From a virus: 64,000 nt of DNA. The notes beneath the pieces were generated by a model. The model did not search any database, was not told the DNA's origin, and saw nothing but the letters and a program-made list of their open reading frames with translations. Every line of letters starts with the position of its first letter. Position 1 is the first letter of the stretch. The position numbers and the translations under genes are program-made. The stretch lies in the IMG/VR virus record IMGVR_UViG_3300027969_003137, positions 1 to 64,000 of that record; one strand, written 5' to 3'. This document shows, one piece after another, positions 29,429 to 39,039 of the stretch.

Positions 29429-29808
29429 AAGAAAAGATTGATCAGTTTTGCAAAAACTACGAAATTCAAATCGTAGATGATCAAAAACGTAGGGCCAGAT
29501 ATCACCCTCCTAAGTATTTTACAGATCCCTCTCGAGCAGACATTGTAAGTAAAGATTTTGTAGAATATGAAACAGAAAAAGTCTTTACCGTTCAAATACC
29601 CGAAAGCCGCTTTCGTGCTCTTGTAGAAATGGAGCAGAGATTTTTTGGCAATCACACGCACGGTTATAGCGATGCTGATATGTTTTCCATGCTGATGGAA
29701 AAGGAACGTGAGGAAAGTTGGTATCGGCAGTCAAATCAAGCTGTACAAAAAGCCTACGAACAATATTCAATCATGCTCAATCTAGTAGGATATCAAAGGA
29801 AGATATGA
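29425..29808 (+). CDS. Hypothetical protein
   Basis: ATGA-coupled ORF. Confidence 0.75.
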   Translation: MKEKIDQFCKNYEIQIVDDQKRRARYHPPKYFTDPSRADIVSKDFVEYETEKVFTVQIPESRFRALVEMEQRFFGNHTHGYSDADMFSMLMEKEREESWYRQSNQAVQKAYEQYSIMLNLVGYQRKI

Positions 29809-30158
29809 ACGAAATACAGATATTATCAGGATGTTTGGCATTTTTAGTATTATGTGGAGCAGTTTATCGACATATCGGATTTGATAAAATGAGAGAATGC
29901 TACGGCATTTGGTTTACAAAGACGTACTGGACAGACTACAATACCGTAGAATTTGCCAGTTGGACCGCTAAAGCCTGCATCATTATTCCCGGATTAATTT
30001 TTGGAATTAGTATTTGGTGGTTGTATTTCTTTACCTTGGCAACAAGTCTAACACTTATCTGGGCCAGTGAAAAGAAACTACTGCCAACACTCGTAGGATT
30101 TAACACCATTTGGGTTTGGATCAGCTGCATGGTTTTGGCACAAAATCTTGTGAAATAA
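29805..30158 (+). CDS. Hypothetical membrane protein
   Basis: ATGA-coupled start at 29805; 3-4 hydrophobic segments. Confidence 0.7.
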   Translation: MNEIQILSGCLAFLVLCGAVYRHIGFDKMRECYGIWFTKTYWTDYNTVEFASWTAKACIIIPGLIFGISIWWLYFFTLATSLTLIWASEKKLLPTLVGFNTIWVWISCMVLAQNLVK

Positions 30159-30180
30159 AACGATTCAAAAAAGATTCTTA

Positions 30181-30209
30181 TTGACAGGTTTCTAGAAAGA
30201 TAGTATAAT
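30181..30209 (+). promoter_or_regulatory. Sigma70-type (early) promoter
   Basis: Perfect TTGACA-17-TATAAT. Confidence 0.85.
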
Positions 30210-30239
30210 TAAGTTGTTCAACAGAGAAAACACACTATT

Positions 30240-31079
30240 ATGGCACATCACACAAACTACTGGTCATGCACTCCTTTTGCAGATTGGCTCCGCGGCACTA
30301 AAAAACTCAGTGCGGGCACCAGCGAGGAATGGGACGATTGGACCACTGCGGCTCAGATGAAGCACAATTTTCGTTACTGGCTAGCTGAAGAGGCCCTAGG
30401 CTATATCCAGGATTTTGTCACTTGGCCTGTTAGAAAGATCTACGATGTTAAGTATTACATCAATAACCGTTGGATTACTCGTACTCACTCTCTTACCGCC
30501 CATGCTCGTGATATCAAGCCTGGCGCTTGGTGTGATGTTGGCAATCGGTTCCTGCCATGCCTATTTAATGAGTTGGTGGATTTTGTCGAAGTCGAATCCG
30601 CATGGTCGCACATTGCCTGGGGAGATAAGGAAGCTCGTGCAAAGTATGATCCTCCCTTTTACGCTACTGGTTGGTGGCGCTGGCGCACTTGGCGTTGCCC
30701 TCAAGCAGGTATCGATCATCTTGACTGGGCAATGACACTGACTAATACCGACTGGTGTGGTCCAGAGCATCCAGACTACGGCAAGCCAACTGGTCAAGCC
30801 ATCCGTGCAAAAGAAATCAAAGAACTTTATGTATGGTGGACCACTACCTATCGTGCTCGTCCTGATCCCTACGATGCCAGTGGCTGGACTGCGGCCTGTG
30901 AAGCACAGCGAGAAGCCAATGGTGGAAAGTTAAGTTTTAGCACCCCTAAAGATCCTGTACTTAAAAAAGCCAGCGATAAGGCTCATAAGTTGCTTCAAAA
31001 GATTGAAGAGGGTTATGAAAAAGAAGATGAAGCTATGATGATTCGACTGATCAAAGCTCGTGACAGCCTATGGACTTAA
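30240..31079 (+). CDS. Trp-rich hypothetical phage protein
   Basis: Long ORF downstream of the promoter. Confidence 0.8.
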   Translation: MAHHTNYWSCTPFADWLRGTKKLSAGTSEEWDDWTTAAQMKHNFRYWLAEEALGYIQDFVTWPVRKIYDVKYYINNRWITRTHSLTAHARDIKPGAWCDVGNRFLPCLFNELVDFVEVESAWSHIAWGDKEARAKYDPPFYATGWWRWRTWRCPQAGIDHLDWAMTLTNTDWCGPEHPDYGKPTGQAIRAKEIKELYVWWTTTYRARPDPYDASGWTAACEAQREANGGKLSFSTPKDPVLKKASDKAHKLLQKIEEGYEKEDEAMMIRLIKARDSLWT

Positions 31080-31228
31080 ACCTAAACTATTGTGATTGCG
31101 AGAATAAAAAATTATACTCGCAAGAGTATGACGCTTACTATTGCAAGTCTTGCGATAAATGGTTAGAGGATAAATGTGATGACCCAACGTGTGAATATTG
31201 TACCAACCGACCACAGACACCAGTCTAG
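31070..31228 (+). CDS. Cys-rich small protein (52 aa), absent from the ORF track
   Basis: MDLNLNYCDC...YDAYYCKSCDKWLEDKCDDPTCEYCTNRP; 7 Cys. Confidence 0.65.
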   Translation: MDLNLNYCDCENKKLYSQEYDAYYCKSCDKWLEDKCDDPTCEYCTNRPQTPV

Positions 31229-31379
31229 CCCTTTTAGACGATGGGTCAACGAACTTTGGATGGAGAATCGAGAAGAACGGTTGCTCTATGGCGAAGAACC
31301 TGCTACAATAAATCAGTATTGGGAACGATACAAATTTTGGCTCAAACGAGAATACAAACATCAACGAGATAAAGCATGA
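31179..31379 (+). CDS. Hypothetical protein
   Basis: ORF coupled (ATGA) to the next gene. Confidence 0.6.
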   Translation: MTQRVNIVPTDHRHQSSPFRRWVNELWMENREERLLYGEEPATINQYWERYKFWLKREYKHQRDKA

Positions 31380-31705
31380 AAGCACAGACACCTGCTGAGG
31401 GAATTTTAAAGACCAACGACTGGGGAGACAGTCGTGCCTATCATGTAGTATGCGAGTGTGGCAGTCCAGACTGTTCTCATAACCTATGGGTCGAGGCAGA
31501 CGACACCGGCGTGGCTGTAATAGTCTACACAACCGTTCGGTCTAACTTTTGGTCTAAGCGTCGGTGGACTCACCTTTGGACCTTGCTCACCAAAGGCTAT
31601 GTAGACTTTGAAGGCAGTATTCATCTAAAAGAACAAACAGCATTAAACTACGCAGAAACTCTCAAATTGGCAATCAAAGATGTTAAAGATTTCAAAAAGC
31701 CCTAA
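31376..31705 (+). CDS. Hypothetical protein with CECxxxxCxH motif
   Basis: Coupled ORF. Confidence 0.75.
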   Translation: MKAQTPAEGILKTNDWGDSRAYHVVCECGSPDCSHNLWVEADDTGVAVIVYTTVRSNFWSKRRWTHLWTLLTKGYVDFEGSIHLKEQTALNYAETLKLAIKDVKDFKKP

Positions 31706-32228
31706 CCGAATGACCTTTCAACAAGAACGTTCTGAAAAGCGATTGGAAGATCCCGCTATCACTGAAGAACAACGAGTCAACGCACAGGCCTATGTTGACA
31801 TGTGGGCCGATTGGCGGGCCGAAGCCGATTCACGAGAACTCACCCCCGAGTGGCAGGAAAACAACATGGAGTACGATCTCCGTACCTGCGAACTGATGTT
31901 AAATAAAGTTCGAAGCAGTGATACCTATGCTCAAAACTTATATGCGGCCATGTGCAATAGACAATTTCAAAAATTGGATCTCATGCCTGTTCTCAAAGAC
32001 GAGCGATGGAGTGCCAGTTGGCGTAGTGCCGGTGGAATAATTGCCAATATGCGTGAGGAAGGTGATTACATTGATTGGTACTGCTCTGGCATCGGAGATG
32101 GTCTAGGCAATGGTGATCTAGATGGCACTAAAGGATATGTTCCAGAAAGTGTAGTCACTGATGAAATTCGTGAGGATCTAAAACAATTGGGTTGGATTGT
32201 TTTGGATATAGAAGATGATGACCGTTAA
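31680..32228 (+). CDS. Hypothetical phage protein
   Basis: YAQNLYAAMCN...SWRSAGGIIA...YIDWYCSG. Confidence 0.8.
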   Translation: MLKISKSPNRMTFQQERSEKRLEDPAITEEQRVNAQAYVDMWADWRAEADSRELTPEWQENNMEYDLRTCELMLNKVRSSDTYAQNLYAAMCNRQFQKLDLMPVLKDERWSASWRSAGGIIANMREEGDYIDWYCSGIGDGLGNGDLDGTKGYVPESVVTDEIREDLKQLGWIVLDIEDDDR

Positions 32229-32249
32229 GGAGGTTAGAAAGCAACCAAA

Positions 32250-32456
32250 ATGACATATATGCTATACGAAGTTTGGGCCGAAGATGAGGACGGCCATAAT
32301 GAATTATTAGATACCACTGCTAGTCAAAAAGAAGCATTTGAAATAGCACAATCTAGTCTCAGCGACGGATATCTATCATCCACAGTTTATCAAGAAACTG
32401 ATAATGGAGACCCAATCCTTATCAAAACTTTTCAAAATGACCCGCTTGACAACTAG
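32250..32456 (+). CDS. Small acidic hypothetical protein
   Basis: ORF with upstream AGGAGG. Confidence 0.65.
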   Translation: MTYMLYEVWAEDEDGHNELLDTTASQKEAFEIAQSSLSDGYLSSTVYQETDNGDPILIKTFQNDPLDN

Positions 32457-32474
32457 ACAAAACGATGTTATAAT
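32446..32474 (+). promoter_or_regulatory. Sigma70-type (early) promoter
   Basis: Perfect TTGACA-17-TATAAT. Confidence 0.85.
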
Positions 32475-32500
32475 ATACATATTGTTTAATTAATAGGAGT

Positions 32501-33673
32501 GTGGCAATGGCAACTAAGGCAAAACATCTAGCAGAAGCTCGTGCATCTAAAGGCAAAGACTATTCTCCAAAGTGGGACGGTCACGAAGCTTGGGATACTA
32601 ATCAGTTCCTGCGTCAGTTCCATATTGCCATGAGCTGGTATCGTTTAGAGTCTAGTGGTAAAGAACTCAAACCCAAAGTGATCAATTGGATGAGTGCTAA
32701 CGGCTACACCAAAGATCAAATTGCTGAATTTAAGAAAACCAAAGACAATCGCTGTGGTACAACTGTAGGTGCAATTGCTGCCTGTTTGTTAAAAGGTATG
32801 CCACCTGTTCGTGCAGACTTTAACGACGGTCGTAGTTCAGCTGTTTGGTTAGGCCAAGCCATTGCCAAGATTGTCAGTGAAGGCAAAGATGACACAGATG
32901 ACAGCGAAGAAGTAGAAGTTAAACCCGCCGGCCCTGTTGTTAGTATTCAAGACCGGGTACGTGAAGCATCTTACAAGATGACTGAGGAAATTGAAACAGC
33001 CATTGAGGCGTTTCAAACAGATCCAGAAACATTTGATCCCAAGGCATTCAAAGTTCTTAACTTACTTAAGGCCCATCAAGCCAAAGCAGCCCATGCTCGA
33101 GTTATTCGAGATTTTTATGCTAGAGATTTAGATGAGCTAGTGGAAGCGGCCACAACTAAAGACGAACAACTTAAAGAAGCCTACAGTCATCTAAGCAAGA
33201 TACAACTGCGTAAGATTACAGCATTCTATCAAGAAATTGTCAGTGCCTGCGAGATGTTGGCACAAGAAGCCAAAGTCAACCGCAAGCCCAAGGCTAAAAA
33301 GGCTGTGCCTGCAGAGAAGATTATTGCCAAGCTCAAATACAAAAAAGCAGATGAGCCGCTTAAATTGGTGTCTATTAATCCTGCAGATATCCTAGGTGCT
33401 AAAGAACTGTGGACCTACAATACCAAGAGCCGTAAGTTGGGCAAGTACTTGGCTGCTGAGTTCCAAGAACTTGGCGTCAAGGGTACCACAATTACAGGCT
33501 TTAACGAAGCAACATCTGTACAAAAGACACTGCGTAAACCAGCTGATCAGCTTAAAGAATTTAAGGCAGCAGGTAAAGTGGTGCTACGTAAATTCCTTGA
33601 AGATATCAATGCCGTCGATACACGCATGAACGGGCGTATCAACGAAGACATAATTCTGTTAAAAATTGTCTAA
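32501..33673 (+). CDS. Hypothetical phage protein (390 aa)
   Basis: Long ORF, AGGAG SD, own promoter. Confidence 0.85.
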   Translation: MAMATKAKHLAEARASKGKDYSPKWDGHEAWDTNQFLRQFHIAMSWYRLESSGKELKPKVINWMSANGYTKDQIAEFKKTKDNRCGTTVGAIAACLLKGMPPVRADFNDGRSSAVWLGQAIAKIVSEGKDDTDDSEEVEVKPAGPVVSIQDRVREASYKMTEEIETAIEAFQTDPETFDPKAFKVLNLLKAHQAKAAHARVIRDFYARDLDELVEAATTKDEQLKEAYSHLSKIQLRKITAFYQEIVSACEMLAQEAKVNRKPKAKKAVPAEKIIAKLKYKKADEPLKLVSINPADILGAKELWTYNTKSRKLGKYLAAEFQELGVKGTTITGFNEATSVQKTLRKPADQLKEFKAAGKVVLRKFLEDINAVDTRMNGRINEDIILLKIV

Positions 33674-33703
33674 CGTTTAGATCGGAGTTTGATAAATACT
33701 GGT

Positions 33704-34579
33704 ATGAACAATACCAATATCGATCAAACTCTAACAGATTTAAGCAGAGTTCTTAAAGAACTTGTTGATGCGGCCCACCAACCTGTTGCCCAAGAAATAA
33801 CTCAATACTTAGAATTCCGTGCCCGCAAAGGTGAGGAAAACTTTGGAAAAGGCGTTATTTGGAGCGGTAATGGGTATACTAAACAGTTTGTATTCAACGG
33901 AAATCCTGATAGATTTTTCTCATCAGAAAGCATTGATCTAGATAAAGATCGACATCTTGCTATTGGTGGAACTGTTGTACTATCTAGTAAAGAGCTAGGT
34001 ACATCAGTGACCAAAAGCAATTTACAAACTGTTGGTAGACTCAAGGGGTTGATTGTTGATGGTTCATTAAATATCAATCAATACCTGATTTATAACGGTA
34101 CTACTGATCGATTAGGCCTAGGCACTGACGCACCCAATGCTGCTCTTAGTGTTGCAGAAAATGCCATTGAAGTTATGTTAGGTACTAACGATGCATTCCA
34201 TGGAATGGTTGGTACATACGCTAGTACAGATTTTGATATTGTCACTGATAATACCGCACGTATTTCAGTAAAGGCCAACGGCAATGTCGAGCTAGGCAAT
34301 CCCAACCGAAATCCTATACAGGTCAAGGTTAACGGAAAACTAAGCGTTGGTGTTGAGAATCCAGATCCTGCTGTTGATTTACATGTGGCAGGGGCTGTAC
34401 GTTTCAGCGGTCATATTCATATGTACGCAGGAGAACCTCCGCAAGAAGGTACCTATGCAGTAGGCGACATTATTTGGAATACCAATGCCAGAGTTGGTAC
34501 AGGTGTAGGTTGGGTCTGTCTAAGAGCCGGTAGTCCAGGTGCGTGGTATCCATTTGGTGAGATCAAAGAAAGAGGCTAA
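33704..34579 (+). CDS. Putative virion/tail-associated protein
   Basis: RLGLGT..P...L.V repeats and C-terminal GDIIWN...GWVC...PG.W..FG; TAAATA at 33693. Confidence 0.6.
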   Translation: MNNTNIDQTLTDLSRVLKELVDAAHQPVAQEITQYLEFRARKGEENFGKGVIWSGNGYTKQFVFNGNPDRFFSSESIDLDKDRHLAIGGTVVLSSKELGTSVTKSNLQTVGRLKGLIVDGSLNINQYLIYNGTTDRLGLGTDAPNAALSVAENAIEVMLGTNDAFHGMVGTYASTDFDIVTDNTARISVKANGNVELGNPNRNPIQVKVNGKLSVGVENPDPAVDLHVAGAVRFSGHIHMYAGEPPQEGTYAVGDIIWNTNARVGTGVGWVCLRAGSPGAWYPFGEIKERG

Positions 34580-34582
34580 ACT

Positions 34583-35215
34583 ATGGCCAACACGGCCCTT
34601 GTTATAGGCAACGGCGAAAGTCGTTTTCAAATCAACCTAAATGATTTTACAGACACACATGTTCTTGTAGGCTGCAATGCCATACATAGGGACTGTGTTG
34701 TTGATCATTTGATCTGTTGTGATCACAGAATGGTTAGAGAAGCATTAGAAAATCCCAGTACCGCAAACTCAACTATTCATGTTAGAGACAACTGGCATCA
34801 CTATTTTAGAAAGATAGAAAAAAATAAAAACGTAAAACTTCTTCCCGACCTTCCCTATCAAGGAGATCTTCGTCCTGATAAAGCTATTCATTGGGGGTCT
34901 GGTCCGTATGCTGTTCTTGTTGCCTCACAATTAAATTTACCTACGGTATCACTTGTTGGTTTTGATTTATACGGTAGACAAGATGTTGTAAACAACATGT
35001 ACAAGGGAACTAATAATTATTCTCATCCAACCTCTAGTGCTGTGGATCCTAGCTATTGGATATACCAAATAGGAAAATTGTTTTCATTGTTTCCTAATAC
35101 TCAATTTAATATCATCAATACAGAAGGTTGGAAGATGCCCATAGAATGGCAATACGATAATGTTAAAAAAGAATCTATTGGGGTTGCATTACCTATAAAT
35201 ACCTTGTATAATTAA
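34583..35215 (+). CDS. Glycosyltransferase-like Rossmann protein
   Basis: VIGNGESR, GCNA, SGPYA, LVGFDLY pattern resembles sialyltransferase/MAF-like folds. Confidence 0.5.
   Translation: MANTALVIGNGESRFQINLNDFTDTHVLVGCNAIHRDCVVDHLICCDHRMVREALENPSTANSTIHVRDNWHHYFRKIEKNKNVKLLPDLPYQGDLRPDKAIHWGSGPYAVLVASQLNLPTVSLVGFDLYGRQDVVNNMYKGTNNYSHPTSSAVDPSYWIYQIGKLFSLFPNTQFNIINTEGWKMPIEWQYDNVKKESIGVALPINTLYN
35184..35212 (+). promoter_or_regulatory. Sigma70-type promoter with nested TATAAATA
   Basis: TTGCAT-17-TATAAT; TATAAATA at 35194. Confidence 0.6.
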
Positions 35216-35232
35216 TCTATACACACAGGCAC

Positions 35233-35275
35233 AGCGGACTTTTTAACGTCATTCATCCCGCTATATAAACTCTGC
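35233..35275 (+). promoter_or_regulatory. Candidate preQ1-I-like riboswitch variant in the queD leader
   Basis: AGCGG...CATC-CCGCT-ATATAAAC: P1 stem plus A-rich tail. Confidence 0.4.
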
Positions 35276-35314
35276 ATGTCGTCAAACTTGCTACCTTAAT
35301 AAAGGAGACTAGAG

Positions 35315-35764
35315 ATGGCAAAATTTTTCTCAACAAAACATTACGGACACAACATCGGTCTGTCGGCGGTATTCCGTCAACCCAACGCAGATCACAGTCA
35401 CTGTCACTTGCTACATGGCTACAGTCTAGCGTTTACGTTCACATTTGGCTGTGACTCATTAGACAACAAAAACTGGGCAGTAGACTTTGGCGGGCTCAAA
35501 CCACTCAAGGCATGGCTGGAAGATAACTTCGATCATAAATTAGCTTTGGATAAATCAGATCCGCACTTGGCCAAGTTTCAAGAACTAGAAGCATTGGATC
35601 TAGCAGAGATTAGAATATTTGATGGTGTAGGTGCAGAGAAGTTTGCCGAACATGCCTTTAACTTTGCTGATCAATTAATTCGAGAAAAGACCAACAATCG
35701 TTGCTATTGTGTTCGAGTTGAATGTGCCGAGCACGGTGCTAACTCCGCAATATACGAAGCCTAA
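35315..35764 (+). CDS. queD: 6-carboxytetrahydropterin synthase / PTPS family
   Basis: HCHLLHGYS, VDFGGLK, FDHK, AEKFA, ECAEH. Confidence 0.85.
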   Translation: MAKFFSTKHYGHNIGLSAVFRQPNADHSHCHLLHGYSLAFTFTFGCDSLDNKNWAVDFGGLKPLKAWLEDNFDHKLALDKSDPHLAKFQELEALDLAEIRIFDGVGAEKFAEHAFNFADQLIREKTNNRCYCVRVECAEHGANSAIYEA

Positions 35765-35788
35765 CACAATGTACGCATAAATAATAAT

Positions 35789-36622
35789 ATGCGTACATTT
35801 AACATTAACCAACTTACCATCGGTAACAAACTACCCTTTGTTCTTATTGCTGGCCCGTGTCAAATAGAAAGTCAGGATCATGCCGAGGCAACCTGTGCCA
35901 GACTGATTGCTATTACAGCATTACTTGGTATTCCTCTGATATACAAAAGCAGTTTTGATAAAGCCAATCGTTCTAGTATTAGCACTAAACGAGGTGTCGG
36001 TATTACAGAAGGTCTTGACATTCTCAATGCTATCAAGCATACTTTCGGAGTGCCTGTTTTAACAGATATTCACGAATCGTGGCAGGCAAAAGAATGTGCA
36101 GACGCTGGTATTGACATATTACAAATCCCTGCATTCCTTTGCAGACAAACTGATTTATTATTAGCCGCTGGAGAAACCGGATGTGCTATCAATGTCAAGA
36201 AAGGGCAGTTTCTTGCTCCTCACGATATGAAGAACGTTGCTGCAAAGATTGCGTCAACTGGTAATGAACGTATTATGTTATGCGAAAGAGGATACACTCA
36301 TGGATATAATAATCTTGTTGTTGATATGCGTAGTTTACCCATTATGGCAGGCACCGGGTATCCAGTGGTCTTTGATGCCACACATTCTGTTCAGCAGCCA
36401 GGGGGATTGGGCACAGTCTCCGGAGGGGATCGCACTATGGTCCCGTACCTCGCGAGGGCAGCAGTGGCCACCGGATGCGTAAGTGCTGTGTTCATGGAAT
36501 GTCATGAAGATCCAGATAACGCACCCAGCGACGGTCCTAACATGATCAAATTAGACGACCTCAGCGATATTTTAAAAGACCTAATAGCCATCGATGAAAT
36601 TGTCAAAAGAAAATCTCACTAA
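35789..36622 (+). CDS. kdsA: KDO-8-phosphate synthase
   Basis: [47 protein letters not shown]. Confidence 0.95.
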   Translation: MRTFNINQLTIGNKLPFVLIAGPCQIESQDHAEATCARLIAITALLGIPLIYKSSFDKANRSSISTKRGVGITEGLDILNAIKHTFGVPVLTDIHESWQAKECADAGIDILQIPAFLCRQTDLLLAAGETGCAINVKKGQFLAPHDMKNVAAKIASTGNERIMLCERGYTHGYNNLVVDMRSLPIMAGTGYPVVFDATHSVQQPGGLGTVSGGDRTMVPYLARAAVATGCVSAVFMECHEDPDNAPSDGPNMIKLDDLSDILKDLIAIDEIVKRKSH

Positions 36623-37418
36623 AGATCAGTGGCGCCACTATAAGAAATTTGGGTTTCCTCCTACAGAAATTAGTGTAGAGGAACCAATAGTTCAAGAACC
36701 TAAACCCATACCTTCTCACACTGAAACAATTTCTGTGTTATGTGTACGGTTTGGCTGGCGATATGGTCGTGAATATGTTGAACGTCTACGCAACATGGTA
36801 GCTAGACATCTAACAGTACCTTACGAATTTTATTGTTTAACTGACGATCAACATCCAATAGACGGTGTTATCAGCATTGTAAGACCTAATGAAGGCTATG
36901 CTAAAGGTTGGTGGCATAAAGTTCACATGTTCGATCCCAGGTTAAATCTTCGTGGAAGAGTTTTATATTTTGATTTGGATATTGTTATTCACAATAACAT
37001 TGACAAGTTGGTATTAGGATATGACCAAGAGTTTTTGGGCATTAGAGATTTCAACAGAAAATTTAATCCCCAATGGAATATTCTTAATAGTTCTGTTATG
37101 AGTTGGCCTGCAGGATTGCATCCGGATATCTTTACCGTATTCCAAACTAATCCCAAGCAGGCTCAAAAATTACACGGTGATCAAGATTGGATTTGGCAAG
37201 TGGCAAAAAGTCGTATAACCTTTTGGCCTGAACGATGGATACAGAGCTACAAATGGGAAATCCGAGATAGAAACGAACTTACGTATAGTGGCGGTAAAAG
37301 ACATTTTAAAGATATTCGCAGCCCAAAGATACATCCAGAGTGTTCGGTATGTGTATTCCACGGCGAACCAAAACCCGAAGATGTTAAAGACCCTTTTATT
37401 GTTGACAACTGGCAGTGA
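36594..37418 (+). CDS. Glycosyltransferase (GT-A fold)
   Basis: WWHKV, YFDLDIV (DxD), NSSVM, GDQDWI, FHGEPKP. Confidence 0.75.
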   Translation: MKLSKENLTKDQWRHYKKFGFPPTEISVEEPIVQEPKPIPSHTETISVLCVRFGWRYGREYVERLRNMVARHLTVPYEFYCLTDDQHPIDGVISIVRPNEGYAKGWWHKVHMFDPRLNLRGRVLYFDLDIVIHNNIDKLVLGYDQEFLGIRDFNRKFNPQWNILNSSVMSWPAGLHPDIFTVFQTNPKQAQKLHGDQDWIWQVAKSRITFWPERWIQSYKWEIRDRNELTYSGGKRHFKDIRSPKIHPECSVCVFHGEPKPEDVKDPFIVDNWQ

Positions 37419-37430
37419 TTGTGTTATACT
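37402..37430 (+). promoter_or_regulatory. Sigma70-type promoter, probably leaderless
   Basis: TTGACA-17-TATACT with ATG 6 nt after the -10 box. Confidence 0.7.
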
Positions 37431-37436
37431 AGTAGT

Positions 37437-37730
37437 ATGACAAATACTATTACCCCCGAAGCGTTACGCACTCTTCTTCTTGAAAATGAGTGCATTGTTG
37501 AGTTTACCAAAGTGAATGGCGAGATTCGATCAATGCCCTGTACACTTAAAGCAGAGTTTATTCCTGATCCTGTCCCTGCCCCGCATTTCACTAATACAGA
37601 CAATCCCATTGACTTGCCCAAAGTTAAAAAAGAAAACCCAGATGTTATGAATGTTTGGTGCCTAGATAAAAATGAATGGCGCAGTTTCCGTATTGCTAAT
37701 GTTATTTCAGCGAAAGTAAAAAATGCCTAA
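37437..37730 (+). CDS. WYL/Sm-like SH3 beta-barrel protein
   Basis: VEFTKVNGEIRSMPCTL...VWCLDKNEWRSFR. Confidence 0.7.
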   Translation: MTNTITPEALRTLLLENECIVEFTKVNGEIRSMPCTLKAEFIPDPVPAPHFTNTDNPIDLPKVKKENPDVMNVWCLDKNEWRSFRIANVISAKVKNA

Positions 37731-38760
37731 ACGTATCGGCTTTGCCTGCAAGTGGATCGATGGTCCCAATCAAATTAACGGGATCAAGCAAAAAGACAAC
37801 TGTAAACAGTATAATACAGGGTCTACTACGGTATCTTGGTTAAATAGACAACAGAAAGAAACAGCCGAACAGAAGCTCTGGTCCCTGATGGAACAGAATA
37901 TTGAAAGCTGTCGCTTACTGGTTGAAAAGGTAGGTACACTTAATGAAAATCTTAGAATGGTACGACTCAGCAGCGATATCCTTCCTGTTTACACTGAGCC
38001 ATCTTGGAGCTGGTTTTGGCGGCTTCCCGATGTTAGGGCATATTGCGAAAGAGGATTTGGACAAATCGGAGATGTGGCTCGTAAGGCTGATGTTCGGTTG
38101 TCTATGCACCCTGGCCAGTTTACTGTGCTTGCATCTGAGTCTGATGATATTGTAAATCGATCAATAGAGGAATTCGAATATCATGTGGACATGGCTAGAT
38201 GGATGGGATATGGCAAAACGTTTCAAGACTTTAAAATCAACGTTCATATCTCGGGTCGACGAGGCCCCAATGGAATACGTGCTGTTCTGGGCCGCTTGAC
38301 GCCCGAGGCTCGTAATACACTCACAATCGAAAACGACGAAATGACCTGGGGTATTGAACACAGCCTTGAGCTAGTCAATGACTGTGCGTTGGTCATGGAC
38401 ATACATCATCATTGGATTAAAACTGGAGAATACATTGACCCATCTGACGACCGTGTTAAAAGGATTATTGATAGTTGGCGTGGTGTTCGCCCTACTTTAC
38501 ATTACAGTGTTTCACGGGAAGACTGTATTATTGACCATCCCGGACATATCCGCCCCGATCTTCCGTCCCTCTTAGAACAGGGCTACAAGAAACAAAAACT
38601 CAGAGCCCACTCAAACTTCTACTGGAACACAGCAGTGAATGAATGGGCACTGAGCTTTAGAGACGACTTTGATATGATGTGCGAAAGCAAGGCTAAGAAT
38701 CTAGCCAGCTTTGCACTCTACGAACAAAGTCTTACGCAGCCGGCTTTGCTTTTGGCTTAG
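37723..38760 (+). CDS. uvsE: UV-damage endonuclease
   Basis: RLSSDILP, RLSMHPGQF, IENDE, DIHHHW, AHS, ESKAK. Confidence 0.92.
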   Translation: MPKRIGFACKWIDGPNQINGIKQKDNCKQYNTGSTTVSWLNRQQKETAEQKLWSLMEQNIESCRLLVEKVGTLNENLRMVRLSSDILPVYTEPSWSWFWRLPDVRAYCERGFGQIGDVARKADVRLSMHPGQFTVLASESDDIVNRSIEEFEYHVDMARWMGYGKTFQDFKINVHISGRRGPNGIRAVLGRLTPEARNTLTIENDEMTWGIEHSLELVNDCALVMDIHHHWIKTGEYIDPSDDRVKRIIDSWRGVRPTLHYSVSREDCIIDHPGHIRPDLPSLLEQGYKKQKLRAHSNFYWNTAVNEWALSFRDDFDMMCESKAKNLASFALYEQSLTQPALLLA

Positions 38761-38998
38761 AAGGTGCTTTTGGCTTTGCAGTCTTTGGAGCAGCAGGCTT
38801 CTTGGCGAACTGTTGCTTTTTAGGTGCAGGCTTTTTAGCAGGTGCCTGAGCAACCACAGCCTCTGGTACAACTACCACTGCGTCAACTGCTGGTGCAGGT
38901 GATGCCTCTACAACTGGCACTGTCTCAACTTTGTATGGTACTTCCGCAGCTTGTTCTGCTGGCTTACCACCAAATAGTTTCTTTAATAAACCGATCAT
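38732..38998 (-). CDS. Lys/Ala/Pro-rich small protein
   Basis: GGAG SD, amphipathic MIGLLKKLFG start, histone-like tail. Confidence 0.7.
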   Translation of the reverse strand: MIGLLKKLFGGKPAEQAAEVPYKVETVPVVEASPAPAVDAVVVVPEAVVAQAPAKKPAPKKQQFAKKPAAPKTAKPKAPSKPKAKPAA

Positions 38999-39039
38999 AT
39001 TAAAATCTCCTTGTAGGTTATTTATGCGCTAAATATAGG

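Noticed and set aside
31068-31532. 154-aa minus-strand ORF
   Set aside because: Antisense shadow of three coupled plus-strand genes; no motifs or SD
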